Below, in pieces: positions 40,901-54,137 of a stretch of 64,000 nucleotides of DNA. The translations under genes were made by a program, and so were the position numbers. The stretch is from positions 284,704,001 through 284,768,000 of the forward strand of contig OZ024743.1 of assembly GCA_964016885.1 (NCBI GenBank), given 5' to 3'. The stretch is from Eledone cirrhosa (lineage: Eukaryota). Below the pieces are notes generated by a model. It was not told the DNA's origin. It saw nothing but the letters and a program-made list of their open reading frames with translations, and did not search any database. Within the stretch, counting starts at the first letter, position 1. Every line of letters starts with the position of its first letter.

Positions 40901-43557
40901 TCTCTTGTAAAAATGGGTATAGATTTCATTATAGAAAATCTCATTTCTCCCCATTTTGAAGCACTTTTTTTCATGGTACTCACCATTTGGGTTTTTAGGG
41001 GTTGGTAGATCTGCATTAAGTGTATTAGCACTTACTTCACTGTCAATTTCTAAAATTCCCTATAATTTGAAGTCAATTCAATCAACTCCAATATAAGGTG
41101 AACCAAAACCCTTATGTGATTTAGACTCAAAATGTAGAGGAACAAAACTATATATTACATATCTAATATTTTCATCCCTGAACAGCCAGCAACACCAACA
41201 TTGTTTTCATTTAATTTGAGTGAAAAGACCACCATATTTGTGAGAATGTGGTATTCAAGCCTCTCCCAGTAACCTAAAAGGAGAAAATGACCATGATGGT
41301 ATTGAAACCAGATCGTAAATTTTATTCATCAGCAGTTTAACCCTTCAAAGTGAAATCATTTGGGAACAATTAGGTCTTAATAATGTTTCATTTTTATTTT
41401 CTATGGTCTTTTCTTACTTGACTACAGAATGTTCAACTGAATTAGAAAGAATAACCCACTAGTGCCACTAGCACTGGCATAGTTAAAATGTATAGTCCCA
41501 ATGTAACTATACTTACTCTGCAACTCATCATGCAGAGTAAGTACTACCTTGATTAGTGGTCTGCCCAGTCTTCAAAGCATGAGCACTTCATGTATATATA
41601 TATATGTGTGTATACACACACACACACAAATATATATATATGTGTGTATACACACACACACACATATATATATACATGTACAAGAATGCCCCAATTATTG
41701 TTGGCAGTGCGTGCTGCCAGTAATTGCAACATTCAAATATATAGACAACAATATAATTACCAATTCATATTGAGAATCTGAAAAAAAAATCTAAATTTTT
41801 AATTTTCTGAAATACCTTACAGATAAAAGTATATGAAAATCGATATAAATAAATAAATGAATTGGATATAGTTTTATGTTTTATGAGTTTATTGAGTTGC
41901 ATCAGCATATGTAAAAAAATATTAAATGTTTTTATTGTTTTTTCTCAATATTGTGAAAAGTGTATTTGTTTCAATTTCTCTTTCTTCATCTCTTTGTGTA
42001 TAATTCTATAGCAGCTGAGTCCACTTTCAATTTATCTTCTGACTTACATAGCTCTCTCTACATCTATTGTTATGTGCTTTGTAATTTCTAAAAAAGTATA
42101 AAAATAACATTAGAGTGCTTCAATTGAGAATTCTTTCATTTGCATCTCAGCTCAATTTGTTCTATCTTGGCAACCATCCTTATCATATGCATATTGCTGC
42201 TTTAAATGTCTTCATCATTGAGGTCCATATTATGAAAATCAAATAATTTTCTAACATTCTTCTTGTCTATCCAGATAGACATTCCTAAGTGTAAACAAAG
42301 TCAAGTGATTTCTACTACTACTCTGTAACTTCAGATGACATATTTTCTTTCTTCACAAGTGTATTTTATTAGGCATTCATTTTCAAAAAATCCTATTTTG
42401 TCAACATAATTTGTTTACTAACATAACCAACATTTTCAACAAAGTTTTTTTCAATTCCATAAGATATGTGGCTACTGCAGTATCAACTGAGTTTGTACTT
42501 TTATCATTTTCTAACATTGTTAAACCATCCAGAAAATATTTTGTTAGTTTCCTCTTCAGTTTTGTTTTCTTCTTCCCTTTTTTGTTTGGTCTGATGTACA
42601 GCACATTAAATTGAATTCTTATATACAGTATTCTAATTTTTATGGCAAACTACCAGCCACAGCATTCAAACAGGCATTAATCTAGGTATTCCTGTACACA
42701 CAAACACACACATGCATACCTGACTAACTTCATCAGTGCTTAGTTCTAGGATGAGTATTCACCCTATAAGTTTCTTTAATTAGTCAGTGAAGGATAAGAA
42801 TGCCTATCACCTTTCTAGACAGGTGAGATTGATGAAAATTATGTTCAATTTCAACATCTATGCTTTTATTCTTTTACTGGTGTCTGTCATTAGGCAGTAA
42901 CCTTGAAAGGATTTAGTCAATTATATTGAATTCATTATGTTTTTTTTAAAGTTTGGTACTTATCGATAGCTGGTACATATCAAATAGTTAGTAGATTATG
43001 TGGGAGCATTACCTGACAATATGGTATTCTCTCAAAGAGAAGATTTATATGTCATCAAACCAATGTTGTAAATTCAGAGCTAAACATTTGCCTAAAATCA
43101 GTATGAAACAAGAGACATTAGCATTATATAAAATGCCCTTGTAAAAAGCTTGAACGTCACACAATATCACTATCCTTCTTCTAAATATAATAAAGATCAA
43201 TGAAAATAATGTGTTCTTTCAATAATGAAGTACCTCCCTTCACTTTCATTTATTTTAAAGATTTTTCTGCTTGTTTTCTTTGTTTGCCTCTTTTATATGA
43301 AAGAAAAACAATCTACCATCATGTGGTTTTAGAATTAAGGTAACAGAAGAATCTTTTGTAAGATGAAGATAACTTCAGTACTCACAGATAATGTTACTGC
43401 TGTACTGGTGAACATCAGCAACAATTTATATAATATTACATACACACACACATATATACACATGTGTATATATGTGTGTATATGTGTGTGCATGTGTATA
43501 AATATATATGTATAGATATGTATATATATATGTATATATATATATAGATATATATAT

Positions 43558-45914
43558 CATCATCATCATCAACGTTTAACGTCCGTGTTCCACGCTTGCA
43601 TGGGTTTGGACGGGGGTAGTCCCACTTGAGGCAAGAGTGATTGTCTTGCTCGCATAGGACTGTCTGGCAGGTTTTCTACAGTTGGATGCCCTTCCTAACA
43701 CCAACCACATTTACAGTGTGGGTCTGGGAGGTTTTTACCGTGTTGCCTACACGGCCACATTACAGCGTGGACTGTGTGTTTTTTTTGTCGTGACACCTAC
43801 ACGATCTCATTTGTTTCGGCCTGGATGGCGCGGCACCAACATAACTTTATATAGAACGGGGTGGTGTGGATGGGGTGGGGGTGGTGGTGGGACGGGGTGT
43901 ATTTTGTTAGAGATGCCTACTGGCTGGAGTAGGTTTTACTATATATTTAGGTAAGGCGGGTCTTCTCTGTTACTGAGTACCGCCAAAGGTCTCGGTCCAG
44001 TGACATTGTCTTGGAGAGGTGTAAGTGTGTGATGTCGGAGTTTATCAGCTCGTCCCAGGTTTTTCTAGGTCTGCCTATTCCGTGACTACCGTCTATCTTT
44101 ATTGCCCTGCACTTTGTTATACAGCTATCGACTTTCATGCGCATCACGTGTCCATACCAACGTAGCCTTCTCTCGAGTAAACAACATCTGATCCCTCTTA
44201 TCTCTAATTTTTTCCTTAGTTCGTTTATGCTTTGCCGTTCACGTATATTACTGTTACACATCCAGCGGAGCATGCAAGCTTCGTTCCTCTCTAGTCTGCG
44301 TATATCCTCTGCACACAATGCCCAGGTCTCACTGCCATGCAGCATTGCTGTTCGTATGCAGGCATCGTACAACCTGCCTTTCATTTTTAGGGAGAACCCT
44401 TTAGCAGCTAATAGTGGTATAAGCTCTCTGAACTTTTTCCATCCAGTTCTGACTCTAGCTACAGTACTTTCAGAGCACCCTCCCCCACTGCTGATTTTAT
44501 CGCCCAGGTAACGGAAGCTGTCCACTATTTCTATAGAACCCTCTGCGCAATTGAAAGAGCTAGTATTTTGTGGGCACTTGCTGCTACTTATTGCACCAGA
44601 ACACCAGCCACATGTAAAATCTATGTTCTTAGTTAGCTTACCTGTGATCCCACTACATCTTTTATGCACCCATACTTTGCATTTAGGACATAAAATGAAG
44701 TTTCTACCTACGCCTTTCCTACACACCGAGCACGACCATTTCCCAGAAGGGACCGCCGCCTTGTTTTCTTTCCTACAAACTAGAACTTTGGTCTTAGCCA
44801 GGTTAATTTTAAGTCCTTTTGACTCTAGGCCGTGCTTCCATGTTTGGAATTTCTTCTCTAGCTCGACCATTGATTCCGCTATGAGTGTCAGGTCGTCTGC
44901 GTATAGGAGTTCCCATGGGCAGCCTGTCTTGAACTCCTCTGTTATAGCCTGAAGGGCAATAATAAATAGTAGGGGGCTGAGAACAGAGCCCTGATGGACG
45001 CCATCTTTTACGCTAAACTCTTCACTATATTCGTTGTTAATTCTAACCTTGCTGACTGTTTCTTTATACATGGCTTGTATAGCCCTCACAAGCCATTCGT
45101 CAACGCCTAGTTTTCTAAGAGCCCACCAGATAATGGAGCGGGGGACTCTGTCGAAGGCTTTCTCCAAGTCGACAAAAGCTAAGTAGAGGGGTTTACCTTT
45201 AGCTAGGTACTTCTCCTGTAGTTGTCGTACTATGAAAAGAGCGTCTGTGGTACTTTTGCCTGACACAAACCCGAACTGCATTTCATCTAGGTCAATTCTC
45301 TCTCTGATTAGTTGCGCTATTACTTTTTCCGTGACCTTCATGACCTGGTCGATTAATTTAATGCCTCTATAGTTACTCCTATCTAGGGCGTCTCCTTTAC
45401 CTTTATAACAGTTAACGATGATGCTGCTATGCCAGTCCTTCGGAACAACCCCATTCTGTATGACTTGGTTAACTATGCGGGTGACCATGGTGTGTCCCAC
45501 CGTGCCAGATGCCTTCAGCATCTCAGCAACTATTTCCGAAGGCCCAGCCGCCTTACCCGTCTTCATATCCTTGATTGCCTTACTTATTATACTCCCCTCG
45601 ACTAACACTGCTGGTCCCTCTATTGGGTCGATATGGGGGAGACTGTCTTTCTCCCATTTATTCTCCTCATTTAGTAGCCTTTCATAGTGACACTTCCAAG
45701 CTACCTTCTTATCAGCGTCGGTGATGGCAAGTGTGCCATCGTCGTTTAGTACACACTTCTCCCCGACAATATCACGGTTTTCCTTGACGCATTGCCTAGC
45801 AATCCTGAACACCTCACGTTTTTGGTCATCGCGTTGTAGAACATGCTTGAACTTTCTTTCCTCAGCTTCCCTTCTTGCTAAGTACACTTGTCTCCTAGCT
45901 TCACTCCTGGCCAG
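43558..45914 (-). mobile_element. 5'-truncated RTE LINE (family 1) with open RT region and a 25-bp target site duplication
   Basis: Near-identical protein to the 54642 copy from ARSEARRQ to the stop at 43947. (GAT)n tail. TATATATATATATAGATATATATAT occurs at both 43533-43557 and 45915-45939. Confidence 0.93.
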
Positions 45915-45994
45915 TATATATATATATAGATATATATATGTATATATATATAGATATATGTATGTATATATATTATATATATGCATATGTATGT

Positions 45995-46026
<32 letters not shown>

Positions 46027-46157
46027 GTATATATATATGCGCATATGTATATATATATCATCATCATCATCATCATCTTCGTTTAATGTCCATCTTCCAC
46101 GCTAGCATATGTATGTATGTGTATATATATATAAAATTTATATATATACATAAATAA

Positions 46158-46203
<46 letters not shown>

Positions 46204-46216
46204 GAAAAAAAATATA

Positions 46217-47212
46217 TCATCATCATCATCATCACCGTTTTACGTCCGTTCGTCCACGCTAGCATGGGTTAGACGGGTTGTCCTTTGAAGGCAGTGTCTG
46301 GTCGGCTGACCATGCCTTGCTCATACAGGAACTGATCTGGCTTGATTTCTACAGCTGGATGCCCTTCCTAACACCAACCTCATTTACAGTGAGTGCTGGG
46401 TGCTTTTTCGTGGCGCCTACACGTCCACTTTACAGTGTGGGCTGGGTGCTTTTTTGCCGTGGCACCTCCACGACCACCTTGCGGTGGGGGGAGTGGGGGC
46501 ATATTGTTTATATGCTTCAGCATGTACCCATGGGAGGTCGGGTACCCTGTATTACTGCGTGACACCAGAAGTCGCGGTCATGTGTCATTGTCTTTGAGAG
46601 GTGTAGTTGGGTAAGGTCGGCTTTTATCACCTCATCCCAAGTCATCTTGGGTCTCCCCACTCCGCGGTTTCCATCAACTTCTAGTGCTCTGCACCTTTTT
46701 ATGCAGCTGTCATCCTTCATACGCATCACATGTCCATACCAGCGTAACCGCCTCTCCTGCACGCAGCATTTGATTCCTCTTATGCTCAGTCTCTCTCTCA
46801 ATTCCTTTATGCTTTGTCGTTCACGTATATTACTGTTACACATCCATCGGAGCATGCAGGCTTCGTTTCTCTCTAATCTACGTAAGTCTTCCACCTTCAG
46901 CGCCCAGGTCTCACTACCATGCAACATCGCTGTTCGGATACACGCATCATACAGTCTGCCTTTCATTCTGAGGGAGAAGCCTTTTGCAGCTAGCAGTGGT
47001 AGTAGTTCCCTAAACTTCTTCCATCCCGTTCTTACCCTAGTTATTGTACTTTCTGAGCACCCACCTCCGTTGCTAATTCGGTCACCTAGGTAGCAGAAGC
47101 TGTCTACTGTTTCTACAGGGCCCTCCCAGAGATTGGTGGTACTTGTTTCCTGTGGCTGTTTGCTTGCTGTTTCAGCACAGCTGCTGCATGTGAATCCTAC
47201 ATTCTTAATTAA
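46217..47212 (-). mobile_element. 5'-truncated RTE LINE (family 2)
   Basis: RT C-terminus KGRLYDACIR...GRPKMTWDE, a 3' UTR distinct from family 1, and a (GAT)n tail. Confidence 0.9.
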
Positions 47213-47316
47213 TATATATAAAATTTATATAATATTACACACACACATATATGTGTGTATGTGTATATATACATAAATAAATATATTTATATATAAATAT
47301 ATATATAAATATATAT

Positions 47317-48508
47317 AGAAAGAAAGGGTCTCAAAGTCAACATGACAAAGACTAAGGTCCTTGTAAGTAGACGAGAAAACAGAACCCAGATCCCCTCAGG
47401 GAAATAGCCTTGCTCAGTATGTAGGAAAGGTGTAGGTAGGAACTCCATTCTCTGCCCCAAATGCAAACAATGGGTACACAAGAGATGTAGCGGGATCTCA
47501 GGAAGCTTAATTAAGAATGTAGGCTTCACATGCAGCAGCTGTGCTGGGACAGCAAGCAGCAAACAGCCACAGGAAATAAGTACCACCAATCTCTGGGAGG
47601 GCTCTGTAGAAACAGTAGACAGCTTCTGCTACCTAGGTGACCGAATTAGCAGCGGAGGTGGGTGTTCAGAAAGTACAATAACTAGGGTAAGAACGGGATG
47701 GAAGAAGTTTAGGGAACTACTACCACTGCTAGCTGCAAAAGGCTTCTCCATCAGAATGAAAGGCAGACTGTATGATGCGTGTATCCGAACAGCAATGTTG
47801 CATGGTAGTGAGACCTGGGCGCTGAAGGTGGAAGACTTACGTAGATTAGAAAGAAACGAAGCCTGCATGCTCCGATGGATGTGTAACAGTAATATACGTG
47901 AACGACAAAGCATAAATGAATTGCGAGAGAGACTGAGCATAAGAGGAATCAAATGCTGTGTGCAGGAGAGGCAGTTGCGCTGGTATGGACATGTGATGCG
48001 TATGAAGGATGACAGCTGCATAAAAAGATGCAGAGCACTAGAAGTCGATGGAAACCGCGGAGTGGGGAGACCCAAGATGACCTGGGATGAGGTGATAAAA
48101 GCCGACCTTACCCAATTACACCTCTCAAAGGCAATGACACACGACCGTGACCTCTGGCGTCACGCAGTAATACAGAGTACCCGACCTCCCATGGGTACAT
48201 GCTGAAGCATATAGACAATATGCCCCCACACCCCCCACCGCAAGGTGGTCGTGGAGGTGCCACGGCAAAAAAGCACCCAGCCTACACTGTAAAGTGGACG
48301 TGTAGGCGCCACGGAAAAAGCACCCAGCACTCACTGTAAATGAGGTTGGTGTTAGGAAGGGCATCCAGCTGTAGAAATCAAGCCAAAATCAGTTCCCGTA
48401 TGAGCAAGGCATGGTCAGCCGACCAGACACTGTCCACAGCAGGACAACCCGTCTAACCCATGCTAGCATGGAAGAACGGACGTAAAACGGTGATGATGAT
48501 GATGATGA
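47317..48508 (+). mobile_element. 5'-truncated RTE LINE (family 2), inverted relative to its neighbour
   Basis: Includes the finger region and ORF 47756..48205, nearly identical to 46517..46966; (GAT)n tail. Confidence 0.9.
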
Positions 48509-48739
48509 AATATGTATATGTAAGGTGGTTGGTGATAGGAAAAACCCTGCCAAAATATGAACAGTGCGACTAACATAATTCCCACAGATTGCATATACAA
48601 GGATAACACTAGTCATGTTAGTTCTGCACATGATAGTGGGGTGGCTAGAGTAGCCATATGTGAGAACCCCTCAACCGTCATCAAGTAATGGCACAACCCT
48701 TTTCCCTTTCAGATGCATAAAACCTCTACCCAAGGAAAT

Positions 48740-50090
48740 AGCAACTGACACGGTACAAATCCCAGACTGCCACCCTCAATGTTGCCACCCTGAATGGGAA
48801 ATCAGATGAAATTGTGGAACTGCTAGAGAGGAGAGAAGTGGATATTTGCTGTGTACAAGCGGTGTGCTGGAGGGGTGCCTCAGCAAGTATACTGACAGGC
48901 AAACAGCATAGATACAAGCCTTACTGGATAGGAAATGACAAAGAGGTAGGAGGTGTAGGCATCTTACTAGGTGAGAAATGGTTAAATATAATGATAGAAG
49001 TAGTTAGTTCGAGTAAATGATAGAATTATCAAGCTTAGATAAGCAGTAGGAAATAAAATTGTGACAACTACATCTACCTACGCTTCACAGGCAGAGCTGA
49101 GTAAAGAACAAAAAGACAAGTTGTATGAAGAAACTTTACAGACAACTTCAGGTACCGATAAAGATGACCTCATCATCCTGGCAGGTAACTTCAATGGATT
49201 TGTGAGGCAGCACCAGGACAGATTCAGTGGAGTTTACAATGGCTAGGGTTATGGCTCAAGAAATGAAGAAGGATTGAGACTCCTGGAATTCTGTGATGTA
49301 AATGAACTAACCATTTGCTACACAAATTTCTGGAAACCAGCTAGCCACATGATCTCATATCAATCAAGTGAACACACAAGCCAAATTGACTATTTACTTG
49401 TTAGACAACAAGATAAATGAACTAATAAATACTAAGGCCTTCCCCGCGGAAGAATTCACCACCCAGCACAAGTTAGTTACTAATGACATCAAAATAAGCA
49501 TGAGACAAAACAAGACACCCAGGAAAATATGGAGATGGAGGGTGGGGAAGCTAAAGGATGTCTTGGTTAAATATAGGTTTAGAAAGGCCCTACAGGATGC
49601 ACTTTATGAGAGGGATGACAAACAACATAGAGGAAAATAGGAAATTCTTATGTAGTAGCCTTTTGTGAAATACTGGTGAGACTTGCGATCGAAGTAAAGC
49701 GCCAACCAGACAGAGGGTGGCCTGGTGGTGGAACAGCACAGTAGATACAACCAATAAAGCCAAGAGACAGGCTTGGAAATGCTGGGAAAATGGAGGATAG
49801 CAGAGACCAGCACCAGGTGGCTAAGAAACAAGCTTGGTGACAAGTAAACACAGCTCAGAGAGAGAAGGAAGAAACAAAGTTTGCCAATATCCTGAGACGT
49901 GAGGATCAGAGACACAAAGTATTCTGCATTGAAAGGCAATGTGTCAGTGGGAATCGTGATGCTGTTGGGGAAAAGTGTTAGAAATGACACTGGTGTATTT
50001 AACACCACTGATGCTCAAAAGAAAGAGGCCTGGAAATGTTACTATGAGAGACTGATGAATGTAGAGAATGAATGGAAGAGAAATTACCCC
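48740..50090 (+). mobile_element. Decayed RTE LINE 5' half (APE endonuclease region)
   Basis: Fragments LLERREVDICCVQ..WRG, LAGNFNG and EAWKCYYERLMNVENEW with many stops and frameshifts. Confidence 0.85.
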
Positions 50091-50096
50091 CAACCC

Positions 50097-50175
50097 ACAT
50101 ACATGCATGCATACATACATACATACATACATACATACATACATACATACATACATACATACATACATACATACA

Positions 50176-50204
<29 letters not shown>
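50097..50204. repeat. (ACAT)n tetranucleotide repeat
   Basis: Direct observation. Confidence 0.97.
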
Positions 50205-50206
<2 letters not shown>

Positions 50207-50509
50207 GATAGGTAGATATAAATAGATAAATTATTTCTTCAGTTAGATTATCTTTCAATTGCGTCATTGTAAATGTTTTCCTTTCCTCTTTGAACCAGAG
50301 CAGCACTCTTTCATCTTTCGTCTGACATATTATATTCTCAGCTATGGTCTTCATCTTTCTATATAAACATAACAAATTCCAACTCCGTTTTCTTCCCTTC
50401 TGTCTCTTCTATTGCCCTTGCCTCCTTACCAAATATTCTTTCAACCTTTTTCTAATTTGACAAAAATATACGAGTTTAAGCCTATTTTGCTCCTAAATGC
50501 TTAGCTGTA

Positions 50510-51337
<828 letters not shown>

Positions 51338-51350
51338 TATATATATATAT

Positions 51351-51772
51351 ATATATTAGTAAAAGGAAAAGAAAATGGTGACAAATTGTTCCCAGCAAAA
51401 AATAGTTTAATTAGGAATAAATAAAAATTAGTAATAAGTATTGGTTAGTATTCAGGTTTAGTTTTAAGTTTTTACCGGTTGCGCATTTCTAATGCTTTTC
51501 AAAAATAATTTTGAGATAGAGCGCCCGTGATGTTTGCTCTAATCAGATTAGAGCAAACATCACGGGCGCTCTATCTCAAAATTATTTTTGAAAAGCATAA
51601 GAAATGCGCAACCGGTAAAAACTTAAAACTAAAACTGAATACTAACTAATACTTATTACTAATTTTTATTTATTCCTAATTAAACTATTTTTCGCTGGGA
51701 ACAATTTGTCACCATTTTCTTTTCCTTTTAGTAATATATCACAACTCGTGTGTTACACCTCTATTCTTCTAA
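51351..51772. mobile_element. Palindromic PLE-terminus-like element: two 194-bp arms, 1-nt spacer, short tail
   Basis: Arms 51351-51544 and 51546-51739, tail ACTCGTGTGTTACACCTC, (TA)n on both sides. Confidence 0.8.
51585..51620 (+). ncRNA. Hammerhead-like fold, U3-A8 variant, with GAAA changed to GCAA (probably inactive)
   Basis: TTT-TTGAAAA-GCAT aagaa ATGC-GCAA-CCGG-TA-AAA; mirror copy in the left arm of the palindrome. Confidence 0.6.
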
Positions 51773-51981
51773 ATATATATATATATATATATAGATAAAA
51801 CGAAGGAAGGGTGGTAAGGAACCAGGGGGACCATAATGCACCAGAGTACCTCGATACTTAGAGTAGTAGAGTGGATAATAGGAAAAGAGTCAGGACCTCG
51901 ACGGCTGAGCTCCAGGAATTTCGACAGCTAGATCCGAACTGTTGAAACGGCCAGAGCTGAGCTGTCAGGGTCCTGACTCTT

Positions 51982-52530
<549 letters not shown>

Positions 52531-52560
52531 ATTCATTTATATTAAGGCCAAAAAGTGAGT

Positions 52561-52612
52561 CATCTTACTCTAGAGTTTCGCTTGTTTATCACTGCAGAGT
52601 AACAAAGCTCAT
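52561..52612 (-). ncRNA. Truncated hammerhead remnant cut by a SINE
   Basis: ATGA-GCTTTGTT..AACAAGC-GAAA-CTCTAGAG-TA; the 5' part of the core is replaced by a family B SINE starting at about 52614. Confidence 0.45.
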
Positions 52613-52613
52613 T

Positions 52614-52783
52614 TATTGGTAGAGCGTCAGACACCATGCTTTGCAGCATCGAGTTATGGCCCTTTACGTTCTGAGTTCAAACCCACCGAAGTTAACTTTG
52701 TCTTTCATCCCTACAGTGTTGATAAAATAAAGCACCAGTGATGCACTGTGGTAATTGCTGGCTTTGTGCCAAAAGTAGAAACA
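52614..52783 (+). mobile_element. SINE family B within a PLE-terminus-like element
   Basis: Homologous to the 18470 units, slightly 5'-truncated. Confidence 0.8.
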
Positions 52784-52942
52784 AAACAATATAAATGAAT
52801 ATTAAAACTCTACTTTGGTATTAATTACTCCTTTCTCTCAACCATCAACCACATGCATATATATATATATATACACATATATATATACACATATATATAT
52901 ATATGAAATATAAGAATCAAAGAACTGTTCAAAACATTATTG

Positions 52943-52989
52943 TGCTTACAGCCGTTTCCTCCAAACCGAGGTTTGGATTCTTCGGAGCA
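52943..52989 (-). ncRNA. Minimal type I hammerhead-like fold (core CCGAAGA)
   Basis: TGCT-CCGAAGA-A TCCAAACC tc GGTTTGGA G-GAAA-CGGCTG-TA-AGCA. Confidence 0.6.
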
Positions 52990-53496
52990 ATTTATTAATG
53001 CATGGACAGTTATATGACCTCCTTTTCAGCCGAGAGACATACCGATACATATTCAAACATTGATACATATTCAAACATTGTGGGTCAACATTCATTACAG
53101 AATTTAGAGTGGCAGTACACACTTCGAGATTACATTTATATTAAGAGGTACAATCAAAAATACAGGTTAAAATACAACATGAAGATAAGCGGTTATATAG
53201 TGCAAATGTTATATGTGTGGCACGCATGTACGTCTTGTTTATATAGTGTGGCAGAGAGATATGTGTGGTAGAGGCACTTAGGTAGGTAAACAAGAGTGTT
53301 AGGTTGGTTGATCTGGTGGCAAATTCTTTATATGATTGATATAGTCTGTGTGTGGAGAAATATTATAAGCATTAAAAATAGTGCAAGCATTAAAAGTGTT
53401 AAAAGTATTGGAGATGCACAGCGAATATATGAATATTGAGACTCTACTTTGTATTAATTGCTCCTTTCTCTAAAGCAGATGCATATATATATATAT

Positions 53497-54079
53497 ATGA
53501 TGCGCATGAAAGACGACAGCTGTATAAAAAAGTGCAGGGCGATCAAAATAGATGGAAGCTACAGAGTAGGCAGACCCAGAAAAACCTGGGACGATTTGAT
53601 AAATTCCGACCTTAAACACTTACACCTCTCCAAGACAATGGCACTGGACCGAGATCTTTGGTGCTACGCAGTAATTCAGAAGACCCGCCTTGCCTAAGTA
53701 TAAAGCGAAACCTACAGTCAGTAGCCACCTCCTAACCAAAAAACACCCCATCCCACTACCATTAGCCCACCCCCATCTATACCTAAAGTTATGTTGGTAC
53801 CACAACATCCAGTCCTAAATAAATGAGGTCCTGTAGGTGTCACGACAAAAAAAAAACACACAGTCCATGCTGTAATGTGGCTGCGTAGGTAACACGGTAA
53901 AAACCTCCCAGTCCACACTGTAAACGTGGTTGGTGTTAGGAAGGGCATCCAGCCGTAGAAAACCCACCAGACAGTCCTATACGAGCAAGACAACCAATCT
54001 TGCCTCACGTGGGACAATTCCCGTCTAAACCCATGCTACCATGGACGATAGACGTTAAATGATAATGATGATGATGATG
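53497..54079 (+). mobile_element. RTE family 1 3' fragment
   Basis: MRMKDDSCIKKC...KTRLA*, 3' UTR, (GAT)n tail; (TA)n on both sides. Confidence 0.88.
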
Positions 54080-54137
54080 ATATATATATATATATATATA
54101 TTTAAAAAATAGAGTATATATGTATATATATGTATAT

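Noticed and set aside
40769-41031. Possible very old LINE endonuclease remnant (IYQP motif)
   Set aside because: Too degenerate to support by eye.
45915-46076. N-terminus of the 709-aa ORF 43947..46076
   Set aside because: Comes from flanking (GAT)n/(TA)n; the real RTE sequence starts near 45912.
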